Shown: piece by piece, positions 62,881 to 64,000 of the stretch
Position numbering within the stretch: the first letter of the stretch is position 1
How the letters are laid out: every line of letters begins with the position of its first letter
From: Octopus vulgaris
Lineage: Eukaryota
DNA length: 64,000 nt
NCBI GenBank assembly: GCA_951406725.2
Contig: OX597814.1
Span: 50,654,001 to 50,718,000 of the forward strand
Direction: 5' to 3'
Notes under the pieces: generated by a model
The model's database searches: none
What the model saw: the letters and a program-made list of their open reading frames with translations, nothing else
What the model was told of the DNA's origin: nothing
Translations under genes and position numbers: made by a program

Positions 62881-63208
62881 TTGTTTTGTTGTTTTTTTTT
62901 TAATCTGGTACTTATTCTACCGGTTTTTCTTTCATTTATTTTTTGTTGCTATATTACTGGGATGTAAACAAACCAACAACGGTGGTCAAGGGGCAGTTGT
63001 GCAGGAGAAACACGGTCACACACACACACACTCACACATACATATATATATATATATATATGCAATGTTATTACCAGTTCAAATAAGCCTGCGACACGTT
63101 CGGACCAGTAAGCAAGCCATTCGCTGTGCTTTATTTTTATGGGTGTTGTTTCTCGGTGTAGACAAATCAGCTCAGTGCCACCCGCTCAGACTGTGAGATA
63201 CTAGCGTT

Positions 63209-63261
<53 letters not shown>

Positions 63262-64000
63262 TGTCTTTTGACAAGAATTTATTTTTAGACAAGACGTGCT
63301 GTGAAGCCATCCTGAAAAACTGAAAAAGTTGACGTACGACCACAGGTAAGGCATTTGTCCTTTTTTGGGAGTTCAGTGGGAACTGTTGTTTATATTGGAT
63401 TAGTTTTTCGAACAAGGGTTTCCACTGGGTTCCAGGCATTTGTCTGCCAGTGGTCGTACAAAAAGTCTCACTTTATAGTAAGAATTATGTTTGTTTTCGG
63501 GGGGCGTATCCCCTCCAAAAAATTTTTGTTGTGAAAATTGTCTGTGCCTGGGATATTACGTTGGATTTAACAAAATAGAATTTTTTGCTGCAACTTCGAC
63601 AAGTGGATTACTTTGACAAGTGGAGTAGCGGAATTTGAACAGTCTTTTTGCCATGTTGAACTGTCTTTTTGCCATGTTGAACTGTCTTCCTTCGTTCTTT
63701 CTTCTCTGGTCTGTCTTTCTGCTCTGTTTTTTTTTTTTAATATTATTTTGATTTGGACATTTTGGACTTTTTATTTGTGACTTTTCACATTTGGTTTTTT
63801 CATCATTAATATGGCAACAAAGACTGAAAAAAATACTTTCTTGGAGTGGCGAATAGAGACCCCCAAGGAATAGGTTGAAAATTATTCGGAGAGAACGGTG
63901 GTGTTAAGGACATACTCTAAGGTCATTGACACCATCTCCGTCTTCTCCTGTAATGATATCGAAAATGAGCTGGCAGGGTACCTGACAACGTTTAGATTTA

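Larger units (their letters stand above)
62165..63020 (-). mobile_element. SINE family B 3' half, split by the Merlin-type MITE
   Basis: GTTTCAGTCATCAGACTGCAGCCATGCTGG lies before the insertion and CTGGTACTTATTCTACCGG..GATGTAAACAAACCAAC after it. Confidence 0.75.

Overview
This is eukaryotic, AT-rich, repeat-saturated DNA, most likely octopus (coleoid cephalopod) intergenic or deep-intronic sequence. That assignment is inferred from the tRNA-derived SINE families and the extreme microsatellite load. I can support no intact host protein-coding gene, rRNA, true tRNA or CRISPR array; almost all ORFs in the track are translations of microsatellites. The window holds about 30 copies of at least three tRNA-derived SINE families. 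It also has decayed DNA transposons (Hsmar1-like mariner, maT/DD37D, Tigger/pogo, a Merlin-type MITE, other MITEs, non-autonomous Helitrons), LINE relics (R4/Dong, RTE, CR1-group), a solo LTR and many Penelope-like element (PLE) relics. The most interesting signal is six minimal type I hammerhead ribozyme motifs tied to PLE termini. Three share a non-canonical CUGUNGA core, and one lies directly behind a tRNA-like Pol III head. Also notable are a palindromic module shared by a Helitron, a Merlin MITE and a tandem duplication, and two long inverted repeats. All coordinates and alignments were read by eye; ends of decayed elements are approximate.
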